Positions 9,912 through 19,370 of a DNA stretch of 64,000 nucleotides are shown here, piece after piece (the stretch's first letter is position 1; each line of letters begins with the position of its first letter). The position numbers and the translations under genes were made by a program. The DNA comes from an uncultured Alphaproteobacteria bacterium (lineage in GTDB: Bacteria > Pseudomonadota > Alphaproteobacteria > Rs-D84): NCBI GenBank assembly GCA_934272785.1, contig CAKQSE010000001.1, positions 41,212 to 105,211 on the forward strand. Direction: 5' to 3'. The notes beneath the pieces were generated by a model. The model did no database searches and was not told where the DNA came from. It saw nothing but the letters and a program-made list of their open reading frames with translations.

Positions 9912-10546
9912 ATTGGCCAAAATCAACAGAAATAGGTAAATTTTTATCCAAAGAAAGCTTTTATTCACATGATGCTGTATCGGGGGCGTTACGTCAGGTG
10001 CTGGTGGATGATGTTGAAAAAATTACGATATCGCACCGTTTTGCCAAAGATACATTGAATGTGGACGCTGGTACAGAATTTCCAGAAATATTGGTTTTGC
10101 ATATTAAATTAAAGCGTTGCGCAATCAACGAAAAATTGTTAAACGCCTTGGATAAATCTATCTGTGCCGGATATGTATTGTTTGTATTGGAATATATAGA
10201 TATGCAGTGCGCCAGCATTTCGCATAAAACAATTAATTCAAAGGGCGATAGCGTAATTGATAAACGGTGGACGACCGATTGGATGGATGATTTGAATCTG
10301 GAGTTACATGGAACAACTTTGGATCGGGTATATCAAGATTTAGTTAAACAAATATCCGGTGGGCGCGTGAAAACAACCGATAATAATCTGATGCAGGCGG
10401 TTGAACGCGATATAGAACGGACGAGTCTTGAAAGACAAATCGCCGATTTGGAAAGAAAACTGCAAAATACCGTTCAAGTAAATAAAAAATTTGAAATAAA
10501 AGACCAAATTCGTAAAATAGAGGCGAAAGTAAAGGATTTGTCATGA
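9908..10546 (+). CDS. hypothetical protein (~212 aa), possibly DUF4391-like, coupled to the SNF2 helicase
   Basis: Its ATG overlaps the helicase stop (ATGA) and its stop overlaps the next start, so it is co-transcribed. I recall DUF4391 proteins of this size recurring between a helicase-related protein and Type III mod genes, but I recognise no DUF4391 signature in the sequence itself. Confidence 0.55.
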   Translation: MNWPKSTEIGKFLSKESFYSHDAVSGALRQVLVDDVEKITISHRFAKDTLNVDAGTEFPEILVLHIKLKRCAINEKLLNALDKSICAGYVLFVLEYIDMQCASISHKTINSKGDSVIDKRWTTDWMDDLNLELHGTTLDRVYQDLVKQISGGRVKTTDNNLMQAVERDIERTSLERQIADLERKLQNTVQVNKKFEIKDQIRKIEAKVKDLS

Positions 10547-12009
10547 CTGATAAAATCAAATCTATTATTGCCAAAGGTGAAGGATTGACGACAGAGTTTA
10601 AATTGGCGTCAAATAATATTCCAAATAATGTTTATGAAAGTGTATGTGCTTTTTTGAACACTAAGGGTGGCGATATTTTGTTGGGGGTCAATGACAATGG
10701 CCAGGTTGTTGGGGTTGATCCTGATAGTGTATTTAAGATGCGACAAACTTTTTCTGCTGCTATAAATAATAGTCAGATTATAAATCCTCCTTGTTATTCT
10801 CAATTAGAATCATATTCAATTGATAAGAAAACAGTGCTGCACGTTTTTGTGCCAGAATCTTCTCAGGTGCATCGGCATAGAAATAGTATTTATATTCGTA
10901 GCCATGACGGTGATATGAATATCACGGATAACCAAAATTTGGTACACCAACTGTATAATCAGAAAAGTTCATCGTATTCAGAAAATAGGATTTTTGCCGC
11001 TGTTACCATGGATGATTTGCGTATGGATTTATTTGATCGAGTGCGCAAAATTGTTAATGTGCGCAGCAATGGAACACACCAATGGTTGACAATGGATAAT
11101 ATGCACATATTGCAAAATATGGGGTTGTATCAAAAAGATCTAAATACCGGCGAGACGGGCTTTACGTTGGCCTGCATATTGTTATTTGGCAAAGATGAAA
11201 TAATTCATTCGGCGGTGCCTGCATATAAAGTCGATTTAATAAAACGTGTTATAAACAAAGAACGTTATGATGATCGTGAGGTTTTATCAACAAACCTTAT
11301 TGAAACCTATGACAGGGCAATGGCATTTATAGAAAAGCATTTGCCGTCGCCGTTCTATCTGGAAAAAGATGAACGAATAGACCTAAGAAGTATTATATTT
11401 CGTGAAATTATAGCCAATACGATTGTGCACAAGGAGTATTCTGGGGCAGAACCGACAAAAATTGTCATAGAAGAAGACAGAATTTATACAGAAAATAGTA
11501 ATAAACCATATGTAAATGGGTTAATTACTATGAAAAACACTACATCGCATCCAAAAAATCCGAATATAGCGCGTTTTTTTAGAGAATTGGGCCTGGTTGA
11601 AGAGCTGGGATCTGGTTTTACAAAGTTATTTCATTACGCGCGTGCTTATGCAGGTAATGATCCCGTTATACAAGACTTGTCGACCTTCAGGGTTACTTTG
11701 CAAATACCATTTTTTGCGCAAAAACAATCAGATGGTGCGGCTATGGATGCAAATAGTGATCAAGTTACTCAACAAGTTACTCAACAAGTTACTCAACAAG
11801 TTACTCAACAAGTTCAGCGCATTTTGGATTTTTGTGTGGAACCACGATCTGCATTGGAAATTATGAGAATTTTAAACTTGCATGACAGGGCGTATACGAT
11901 GAAACATCTGTTGAAGCCACTGATTCAACGGGGATTGATACAACAAATGTATCCGGATAAACCAAATCATCCATATCAGAAATATGTTACAATCAAAGGA
12001 CGGAAATAA
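10543..12009 (+). CDS. AlbA_2 (Schlafen-like 'divergent AAA') DNA-binding domain protein with C-terminal HATPase_c_4-like domain
   Basis: The N-terminus KSIIAKGEGLTTEFKLASNNIPNNVYESVCAFLNTKGGDILLGVNDNGQVVGVD is the typical AlbA_2 signature, often annotated as RecG-like or transcriptional regulator. The C-terminus has a winged-helix-like tail. It contains an in-frame (QVTQ)n repeat. Confidence 0.75.
   Translation: MTDKIKSIIAKGEGLTTEFKLASNNIPNNVYESVCAFLNTKGGDILLGVNDNGQVVGVDPDSVFKMRQTFSAAINNSQIINPPCYSQLESYSIDKKTVLHVFVPESSQVHRHRNSIYIRSHDGDMNITDNQNLVHQLYNQKSSSYSENRIFAAVTMDDLRMDLFDRVRKIVNVRSNGTHQWLTMDNMHILQNMGLYQKDLNTGETGFTLACILLFGKDEIIHSAVPAYKVDLIKRVINKERYDDREVLSTNLIETYDRAMAFIEKHLPSPFYLEKDERIDLRSIIFREIIANTIVHKEYSGAEPTKIVIEEDRIYTENSNKPYVNGLITMKNTTSHPKNPNIARFFRELGLVEELGSGFTKLFHYARAYAGNDPVIQDLSTFRVTLQIPFFAQKQSDGAAMDANSDQVTQQVTQQVTQQVTQQVQRILDFCVEPRSALEIMRILNLHDRAYTMKHLLKPLIQRGLIQQMYPDKPNHPYQKYVTIKGRK
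11761..11814. repeat. 12-bp tandem repeat caagttactcaa x4 plus a partial copy, in-frame inside the AlbA_2 gene
   Basis: Four perfect copies are seen directly, followed by caagtt. They encode (QVTQ)4. The 12-bp unit keeps the reading frame under copy-number change. Confidence 0.9.
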
Positions 12010-13925
12010 TGATTGAAAAATTGAAAATGGAGCAAAATCCATTGTCTGCCACGGTAGAAAAAATCAAAGAAATTTGCCCTGGTGCGATAACCAGCGATGG
12101 TAAGATAGACTTTGAACAGTTAAAAACGGCCCTTTGCGATGATGTTGCGGCGGATACGATTGAAAAGTACGAATTTACATGGGTTGGGAAAAACGCGGCC
12201 CGGGCAGAGGCCAATCGTCCAATTCGTAAAACCTTGCGTCCGGTTGTAGAGGATTCCAAGAATTGGGATACGACCAAGAATTTGTATATCCAGGGCGACA
12301 ACCTGGATGCATTGAAATTATTGCAGGAATCATATTTGGGCAAGGTAAAAATGATTTACATTGATCCACCATACAATACCGGTAGCGATTTTGTTTATTG
12401 TGATGAATTTGCGGCGGGTTGTGAAGAATACCTGGCTAAAAAGGGGCTGTGTGATGCCGATGGCAACCGTTTGTTTAAAAACACCGAAACAAATGGCCGT
12501 TTCCATTCTGATTGGTGCAGCATGATGTATCCCCGCCTGAAAATTGCCCGTGATTTATTGTCCGATGACGGGGTGATATTTGTTAGCATCAGCGTCAAAG
12601 AATTTGCAACACTAAGAAAAATAATGGATGAAATTTTCGGTGAACAAAACTTTTTATACCATTTATCGGTGGTCAATAAATTGAACGGTAATGATAATTC
12701 TAGCGGTATGATGGAAACAGAAGAATTTTGTTTAATTTATTCCAAAAGTAAAGATACTTTTGAAATGGGGGTTCTGCCTATAGACGATCAGGAAGAGGCA
12801 GATGAGTGGCAACAGGATGAAAAAGGATATTGGAAATTAGGAGGTAGTTTAAAGGCAACAGGTGTAAATGCCCCAAGGGCTGCAAGACCAAATTTGTTTT
12901 TCCCAATCTATATAAATCCACATACCTTAGAATGGTCATTGGACCCGTTAGCTGGTATTGAAGACCAATACCATCTCATTCCCTTGACCGAAGGTCAGGA
13001 AATGAGCTGGTATTGGTCTAAGGGTAGATTTGAGAAAGATAGAAGCGAGGTTATTGTCAAAAAGGTGGGCGACACATATTCTTTGTATAAAAAACAAAGA
13101 CCCCAACTTGGGGATTTGCCTAGCAAACGTGGAAAGACTACTTTCTATAATTCTAGTTATTCTACAGCTAATAGTAATGCTGAGATAAAGAAATTATTTG
13201 AAAACAAAAAAGTATTTGATTATACAAAATCTATGTATTTGATAAAAGATTTTGTGTCATTAGCAAATACTAAACCAGACGATACAGTTCTCGATTTTTT
13301 CTCTGGCTCCGCAACTACTGCGCATGCGGTTATGCAGTTGAATGCCGAAGACGGTGGTAACAGAAGATTTATCATGGTTCAATTACCAGAAAAGTGCGAT
13401 GCAGATTCTGAAGCGTTTAAGGCTGGATATAAAAACATTTGTGAAATCGGTATGGAACGCATCCGGCGTGCGGGTGAAAAAATCAAGGCGGAAAATCCAG
13501 ACAAAGATATAGATATTGGATTCCGTGTTCTGCGTATTGATTCAACCAATATGAAGGATGTTTATTATAAACCATCAGACACAACCCAAAAAACTTTGTT
13601 AGATGCCGTTGATAATATTAAATCAGATCGTTCAGATATGGATTTGTTGTTTGGTGTTATGGTTGATTGTGGGTTGCCGCTGGATATGCCAATTGAAACC
13701 CAAACTTGCGATGGTAAAAAATACTATGTTGTAAACGGTGGTGATTATTTGGTCGCGTGTTTTGAACCGGAGATAACGGAAAAGTTGGTTTATGAAATTG
13801 CTAATTTAAAACCGACAATGGCTGTGTTCCGCGACAGTTCTTTTGCAGATGCCAAAGATAAAGTGAACGTGTCCGAGATATTTAAAAACATTACCGGTCG
13901 TGATGATTGTGTAAAAGTATTATAA
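12009..13925 (+). CDS. mod: Type III restriction-modification system methyltransferase (Mod), beta-class N6-adenine/N4-cytosine MTase
   Basis: Motif IV MIYIDPPYNTGSDF comes before motif I DFFSGSATTAHAV, the beta-class order. Size ~640 aa, and it sits immediately upstream of res with overlapping start/stop codons. Confidence 0.9.
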   Translation: MIEKLKMEQNPLSATVEKIKEICPGAITSDGKIDFEQLKTALCDDVAADTIEKYEFTWVGKNAARAEANRPIRKTLRPVVEDSKNWDTTKNLYIQGDNLDALKLLQESYLGKVKMIYIDPPYNTGSDFVYCDEFAAGCEEYLAKKGLCDADGNRLFKNTETNGRFHSDWCSMMYPRLKIARDLLSDDGVIFVSISVKEFATLRKIMDEIFGEQNFLYHLSVVNKLNGNDNSSGMMETEEFCLIYSKSKDTFEMGVLPIDDQEEADEWQQDEKGYWKLGGSLKATGVNAPRAARPNLFFPIYINPHTLEWSLDPLAGIEDQYHLIPLTEGQEMSWYWSKGRFEKDRSEVIVKKVGDTYSLYKKQRPQLGDLPSKRGKTTFYNSSYSTANSNAEIKKLFENKKVFDYTKSMYLIKDFVSLANTKPDDTVLDFFSGSATTAHAVMQLNAEDGGNRRFIMVQLPEKCDADSEAFKAGYKNICEIGMERIRRAGEKIKAENPDKDIDIGFRVLRIDSTNMKDVYYKPSDTTQKTLLDAVDNIKSDRSDMDLLFGVMVDCGLPLDMPIETQTCDGKKYYVVNGGDYLVACFEPEITEKLVYEIANLKPTMAVFRDSSFADAKDKVNVSEIFKNITGRDDCVKVL

Positions 13926-13943
13926 ACCAAGGGGCGATACACA

Positions 13944-16900
13944 ATGGTCATGAAGATAAAATATAAAAGCCAAGATTTCCAAACAGATGCAACAAATGCC
14001 ATCTGTGATGTATTTGTTGGGCAACCAAAGCAACGTGCGCAATCATACATTTTGGATCCGGGGCAATCAAACGATAATACCAGCGATTTGATTCATTTTG
14101 ATGCGTATGCGAATCCTGCCGTGGCGATAAATAATGATGTTGTATTAGAAAATATAAACAAACAACAAATCAAGGTTGGAATAAAGCCAAACGAAGAACC
14201 AATAAACGGATTGCTTAATTTATCTGTGGAAATGGAAACTGGTACCGGTAAAACATACACTTATACCAAGACGATGTATGAATTGAATAAGCGGTACGGA
14301 TGGTCAAAATTTATCGTTATTGTCCCATCGGTTGCAATTCGTGAAGGGGTGTATAAATCTTTTCAATCAACCGCAGAACACTTCAAAGATCAATACGGCA
14401 AAGCGATAAGATTCTTTATCTATAATTCTGCACATCCAAACGATATTGAAGGTTTCGCAACGGATTCAAACATTCATGTAATGATCATAAATATGCAGGC
14501 ATTTGCATCACGGGGTGAAGATGCACGCCGCATTTATATGAAATTGGATACATTTCGTTCGCGTCGCCCGATCGATGTTTTGGCGGCAACACATCCTATA
14601 TTGATTTTGGATGAACCGCAATCTATGGGTGGGCCGGTTGTTACAAGAATGATGCAGAGTTTTAATCCATTGTTTATATTGCGTTATTCGGCGACGCATC
14701 GTGACCCACATTATATGGTGTATCGTTTGGATGCGCTGGATGCCTATAACCGTAAATTGGTTAAAAAGATCGCGGTTCGTGGTATATCTGTTTTGGGCGA
14801 TACGGCAACAAATGGATATATTTATGTATCAAAAATCAATGTATTTCCAAACAAAAACCCCACGGTTACGATGGAAATAGATTATCAAAACGCAACACAA
14901 ATTACCAAAAGAACGTTGAATTTTGAACATGGCGACAATTTGTATGACAGATCTAACAGATTGGAAGAATATAAAGATCGCTGGGTTATAACCGATATTG
15001 ATGCACGTGATGATTCAGTGCACTTTGAAAATGGTACAGTATTGCATGTCGGTGATGGTGTCGGTAATATGAACGAAGAACAAATTCGTCGTATTCAGAT
15101 TCGTGAAACAATCAACGCCCATTTGGAACAAGAAGAAAGGTTGTTTGAACGTGGCATCAAAGTATTATCCTTGTTCTTTATTGACGAAGTAGCCAAATAT
15201 CGTACCGCCGATGATCAGGGTGGTGTCTACGCCCAGATGTTCGAACAGGAATATGTTGCCGCAGTACAAGATCGGTTGTCACAACTGGGGTTGAATCCAG
15301 AATATGAAAAATTCCTGAGGGGGACAGATGCACATAAATCGCATGCTGGATATTTCTCCATTGATAAAAAGGGTAAAATCCAAGACAGTAAAGTTGGGCG
15401 TTCAGAAACTTCTGCCAGCAAAGAGGGTGATGTCGCCGCATACGATTTGATTATGAAGGATAAAGAACGCCTGTTATCTCGCGAAGAACCAGTGCGGTTC
15501 ATATTTTCGCACTCTGCATTACGCGAAGGTTGGGATAATCAGAACGTGTTCCAAATTTGCACATTGAAACAAAGCACCAACGATGTGTCCAGGCGGCAAG
15601 AGTTGGGCCGTGGTATGCGTTTGTGTGTAAATCAAAATGGCGATCGTATGGATTATTCTGTTTTGGGCGATAGTATTCATAAGATAAACGTTTTGACAGT
15701 TGTTGCATCTGAAAGTTACGAGGCCTTTGCAAAGGGGTTACAATCTGAATATAACGAAGAATTGAAAAACCGTCCGCGTGTTATAACGCCGCAGTTGTTT
15801 AAACAGGCAATTAGATTAGAAACCGGTGAAACGCATCCGGTGACCGAAGAAGAATCCAGGCGTATCTATAATCATCTCATTCGCAAAAACTACATTGATG
15901 ATAATGGCAATTTAACGCAAGATTTTTATACCGCGAAAACAACTGGTGTGCTGGTCATGCCAGAAGGATTCCCTGCGGATGAAATCATCAGAATAGCAGA
16001 ATCTGTTTATAGGCCGATTGAGATTGAAAATCGCAATAAAACCCGTGTCAATATTGACATCAATAAAAAGAACTTTGCAAAACAAGAATTCCAAGAATTA
16101 TGGAACAGAATCAACAAAAAATCTGCATATACAGTTGATTTTGCATCTGATGAATTGGAAAGAAAAGCAATTGAAAGCCTTAATGATAATCTGCATATAA
16201 CCCCAGTAACGGTCGTAGTAACGGGTGGTTTCATCAAAGAAATAACAGAAAATGGTTTTGTAGATGGCGACCGAGTGGCCAGAAGAACCGTCGTAAAAAC
16301 TGCAGAAGTCGGCTTGAAATATGATCTGATTGGAAAAATAGCAGAAGGGACACAATTAACTAGAAAATGTGTGGCGAATATCTTACGTGGTATTCGTAAA
16401 GAAACCTTTGAACAATTTAAAGCCAATCCGCAAGATTTTATCACCAAGGCGATAGGTTTGATAAACAATGAAAAAGCAACAACGGTTATTGAGCATATAA
16501 CCTATAATCCTGTTGATGACCACTTTGATATGAGTATATTTACCGAGCCAGGGAAGCAGATTTTGGCAGATAAAGCCGTAAAAACAGATAAACATCACAT
16601 TTATAACTATGTGGATGCAGATTCTGATATTGAAAAGAATATGGCAACTGAGCTGGAACATCAAGATGATGTGTGTGTTTATGCCAAATTACCGCGCGGT
16701 TTTTATATAAATACCCCAGTCGGTAAGTATAATCCGGACTGGGCCATTGCATTTAAACAGGGGGCTGTGAAACACGTCTACTTTGTTGCCGAAACCAAGG
16801 GAACAATGGAAACACTGAACTTGAAACCTGTTGAATTGGCAAAAATTAACTGCGCCAAGAAACATTTCCAAGCTATCAGTGGCGATAATGTTAAATATGA

Positions 16901-16946
16901 TGTTGTGGACACTTATGAACATTTGATGGATATTGTAACCAAATAA
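13944..16946 (+). CDS. res: Type III restriction enzyme Res subunit (SF2 helicase + PD-(D/E)xK nuclease)
   Basis: Walker A LSVEMETGTGKTYTYTKT, a motif II variant ILILDEPQSMGG, and a C-terminal nuclease motif YNPDW…VYFVAETKG (PD…ExK). Size ~1000 aa, typical for Type III Res. Confidence 0.9.
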   Translation: MVMKIKYKSQDFQTDATNAICDVFVGQPKQRAQSYILDPGQSNDNTSDLIHFDAYANPAVAINNDVVLENINKQQIKVGIKPNEEPINGLLNLSVEMETGTGKTYTYTKTMYELNKRYGWSKFIVIVPSVAIREGVYKSFQSTAEHFKDQYGKAIRFFIYNSAHPNDIEGFATDSNIHVMIINMQAFASRGEDARRIYMKLDTFRSRRPIDVLAATHPILILDEPQSMGGPVVTRMMQSFNPLFILRYSATHRDPHYMVYRLDALDAYNRKLVKKIAVRGISVLGDTATNGYIYVSKINVFPNKNPTVTMEIDYQNATQITKRTLNFEHGDNLYDRSNRLEEYKDRWVITDIDARDDSVHFENGTVLHVGDGVGNMNEEQIRRIQIRETINAHLEQEERLFERGIKVLSLFFIDEVAKYRTADDQGGVYAQMFEQEYVAAVQDRLSQLGLNPEYEKFLRGTDAHKSHAGYFSIDKKGKIQDSKVGRSETSASKEGDVAAYDLIMKDKERLLSREEPVRFIFSHSALREGWDNQNVFQICTLKQSTNDVSRRQELGRGMRLCVNQNGDRMDYSVLGDSIHKINVLTVVASESYEAFAKGLQSEYNEELKNRPRVITPQLFKQAIRLETGETHPVTEEESRRIYNHLIRKNYIDDNGNLTQDFYTAKTTGVLVMPEGFPADEIIRIAESVYRPIEIENRNKTRVNIDINKKNFAKQEFQELWNRINKKSAYTVDFASDELERKAIESLNDNLHITPVTVVVTGGFIKEITENGFVDGDRVARRTVVKTAEVGLKYDLIGKIAEGTQLTRKCVANILRGIRKETFEQFKANPQDFITKAIGLINNEKATTVIEHITYNPVDDHFDMSIFTEPGKQILADKAVKTDKHHIYNYVDADSDIEKNMATELEHQDDVCVYAKLPRGFYINTPVGKYNPDWAIAFKQGAVKHVYFVAETKGTMETLNLKPVELAKINCAKKHFQAISGDNVKYDVVDTYEHLMDIVTK

Positions 16947-16973
16947 TAATTCTTTAATAACTTGACTTATACC

Positions 16974-17008
16974 CCTTTGTAAGCAGTAATTGTGCAACCT
17001 TACAAAGG
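16974..17008. other. perfect 10-bp-stem hairpin (cctttgtaag / cttacaaagg, 15-nt loop) at the junction between res and the phage-like remnant
   Basis: Seen directly. There is no T-tract, and the 3' arm supplies aaaggag as an RBS for the downstream ORF. Confidence 0.5.
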
Positions 17009-17015
17009 AGTAATT

Positions 17016-17219
17016 ATGGGGTATAAAAATCCGCCGGTGGAATATCGGTTTCGACCCGGACAATCGGGCAATCCATACGGGCGAATGGGGCGCCGTGTGT
17101 CCGAACACGAACGGCAATGTCTGTTGCGTATGATGGTGGATGCGATATGCGATTATCGTCCGAAAAACAACACGCGTTTACGCAAAATTATGGGGATATT
17201 GCATGAAACAATTGACTAG
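17016..17219 (+). CDS. DUF5681-like phage-associated small protein (probable fragment)
   Basis: MGYKNPPVEYRFRPGQSGNPYGRMGR: the P-x-E-Y-R-F-x-P-G-Q-S-G-N-P-x-G-R motif is characteristic of DUF5681 proteins found next to phage terminase or recombinase genes. Only ~67 aa. Confidence 0.4.
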   Translation: MGYKNPPVEYRFRPGQSGNPYGRMGRRVSEHERQCLLRMMVDAICDYRPKNNTRLRKIMGILHETID

Positions 17220-17646
17220 TATGCCGAGCAGTTTCTCGGATTTGCAAAAGATGTCTAAAACCGCACGGACCGCCCTTTGGGCGAGATATGTGCCACATTC
17301 GTTTGCGGGACAAAACAAGGTCCTGTGGTACTATATTCAGTGCGAGCAAATGGATGTACGCATACTGCCGAAACATATGGTTAAATTGCGTAAGTACAGG
17401 GATAAGCCTGCTGATTGTATGACACGGGTTTGTAAAACAAAATATCGTTTGGCAACTGGCACGACTATAACCAAGTCTTTTCGTGGTGTGGCGCATCGCG
17501 TGATGGTCTGTGATGACGGCATGTTTGAATATAATGGTCAGAAATTCAGAACACTATCTGGTGTGGCGAGCAGTATCGCAGGGATAAAAATATCCGGCCC
17601 CGACTTCTTTGGTTTTAGCAAAAGGAAAAAGAATGCCGAAAATTAG
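17203..17646 (+). CDS. DUF2924 domain protein (recombinase-associated)
   Basis: The C-terminus …FEYNGQKFRTLSGVASSIAGIKISGPDFFGF matches the DUF2924 signature, and the gene lies immediately upstream of a large serine recombinase, as in alphaproteobacterial prophages. Confidence 0.65.
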   Translation: MKQLTSMPSSFSDLQKMSKTARTALWARYVPHSFAGQNKVLWYYIQCEQMDVRILPKHMVKLRKYRDKPADCMTRVCKTKYRLATGTTITKSFRGVAHRVMVCDDGMFEYNGQKFRTLSGVASSIAGIKISGPDFFGFSKRKKNAEN

Positions 17647-19198
17647 GTGTGCGATTTACACACGAAAATCAACCGAACACGGTCTGGAATTAGAATTTAA
17701 TTCACTGCAAAATCAAGAAGAGGCATGTAAGGCGTATATTGCATCCCAATCATTTAATGGTTGGGAATATTATAAAACATATACCGATGCGGCTATATCA
17801 GGCGGGACAATGTCGCGCCCTGCATTACAGCAGATGTAGGATGATATGTCGCGTGGCCTGATAAATGTGGTTGTTGTATACAAGGTTGATCGTCTGTCAC
17901 GTTCTATTCTGGATTTTCACAGTATGATGAAATACTTTGAAAAATATAATGCCAATTTCGTATCTATTACCCAGTCGTTTGATACATCAAATTCTATGGG
18001 CAAATTGACATTAAATATGCTGCTGTCGTTTGCTCAGTTTGAACGTGAAGTTGCGTCTGAACGCGTGCGCGATAAAATCCGCGCCAGCAAGTCCAAAGGT
18101 ATGTGGCTGGGCGGCGCGCCACGCTTGGGCTATGATTTGAAAGATAAAAAACTGATAATAAATGAACAAGAGGCCGAACAAATCCGTGATTTATTTAACG
18201 CATATCTGCGCCTGGGCAGTGTGTCGGCCCTGATTGACTATGCGGCAGATAAAAATATATTTAATAAACAGTGGAAATCAAAGCGCGGTGCCGTATGGGG
18301 CGGGCGGGAACTCACCAAACATTCGCTGCATCGCATTTTGCGGGACAAAATTTATATCGGAATGATAGAAAGCAAGGTCGCTAATATCTGCGCCCCGGGC
18401 GAGCATCAGGCTATTATAGACACAGAAACATTTAATCACGTGCAGGAAATGCTGACCAAAAATGGCAACGATAAGACTGCACGCGGTGGCTCGCCAAACC
18501 TGATTACGGGAAAGTTATTCAATGCGGCGGGTGTAAAATTTACCAATCAGCGTACCTGTGGTGCGGGCAAGACGCCAAAATATTATTACGCCACACGGGG
18601 ATTTTATCTGCCAGCGCCGGAATTGGATACGATTGTTGCGCGTGCCATAAATGACTTTATGGATTCCGATATGTCAAACCTTGGTGACGGTATTGCAACG
18701 ACATTGAAACGTATTGATACGCACACCATGGAGTATGATGCGCGGCGTAAATTCATTCGCACAATGATACGCAAGGTCGTGTACACTGAAAATCAGATAA
18801 TGATATTTATAAACCTCAGTGCTGGTGAATTACAAAAATATACGGGCGATACTTTTAATCAAAATTCTAAGCCTATGGAATACACGACAGACGCCGATGG
18901 GGTAATCATAAAATGCCCGGTATTTTTGAAAAAGTACAGCAAGACAAACTCGCTGCTAAACATCGTTGATAACAACCATTTAATCGTGCGTGCTTTTGCT
19001 ACGGCGTTTCACTATCGTGATGTGTACGAGCGCGGGCGCACCGTCCCGGAAATTGCAACAGATGAACACGCATCAGAAACCACAGTGCGGCGATATCTGA
19101 AACTGGCGTATATCAATCCGCAAATCATAAATGATGTTTTAGATGCAAAAACGCCATATCGTGTGGACGACCTGTTCCGAATATCGCCAATGTTTTGA
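17609..19198 (+). pseudogene. large serine recombinase interrupted by an in-frame TAG at 17837-17839
   Basis: ORF 17609-17839 encodes the N-terminal catalytic region (IYTRKSTE…RPALQQM*). ORF 17846-19198 continues in the same frame with the resolvase core DRLSRS…ANFVSITQSFDTS…FAQFEREVASERVRDKI and the large-recombinase/zinc-ribbon region. Both ORFs are in frame 2, and the STDEQ box has degenerated to STEHGLE. Confidence 0.75.
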
Positions 19199-19370
19199 CG
19201 CATTCCGCCACTATAAAAAACGGGGTTGTATGTAACCCCGCTTGTTTTTGCGGTTTGGTGTCTTGCGCCGCCACATACAAAATATCAAAACAAAAAATAC
19301 CCCGAAAATCACGCAGAATTCCGGGGTGTTAAAATCACAATTAAACCATAGTGATTTCAATAAATTATCT

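Noticed and set aside
17837-17839. Possibility that the in-frame TAG in the serine recombinase reflects an alternative genetic code
   Set aside because: TAG is used as a normal stop by many confidently called genes in the window, so standard code applies. A nonsense mutation (pseudogene) or a sequencing error is more likely.
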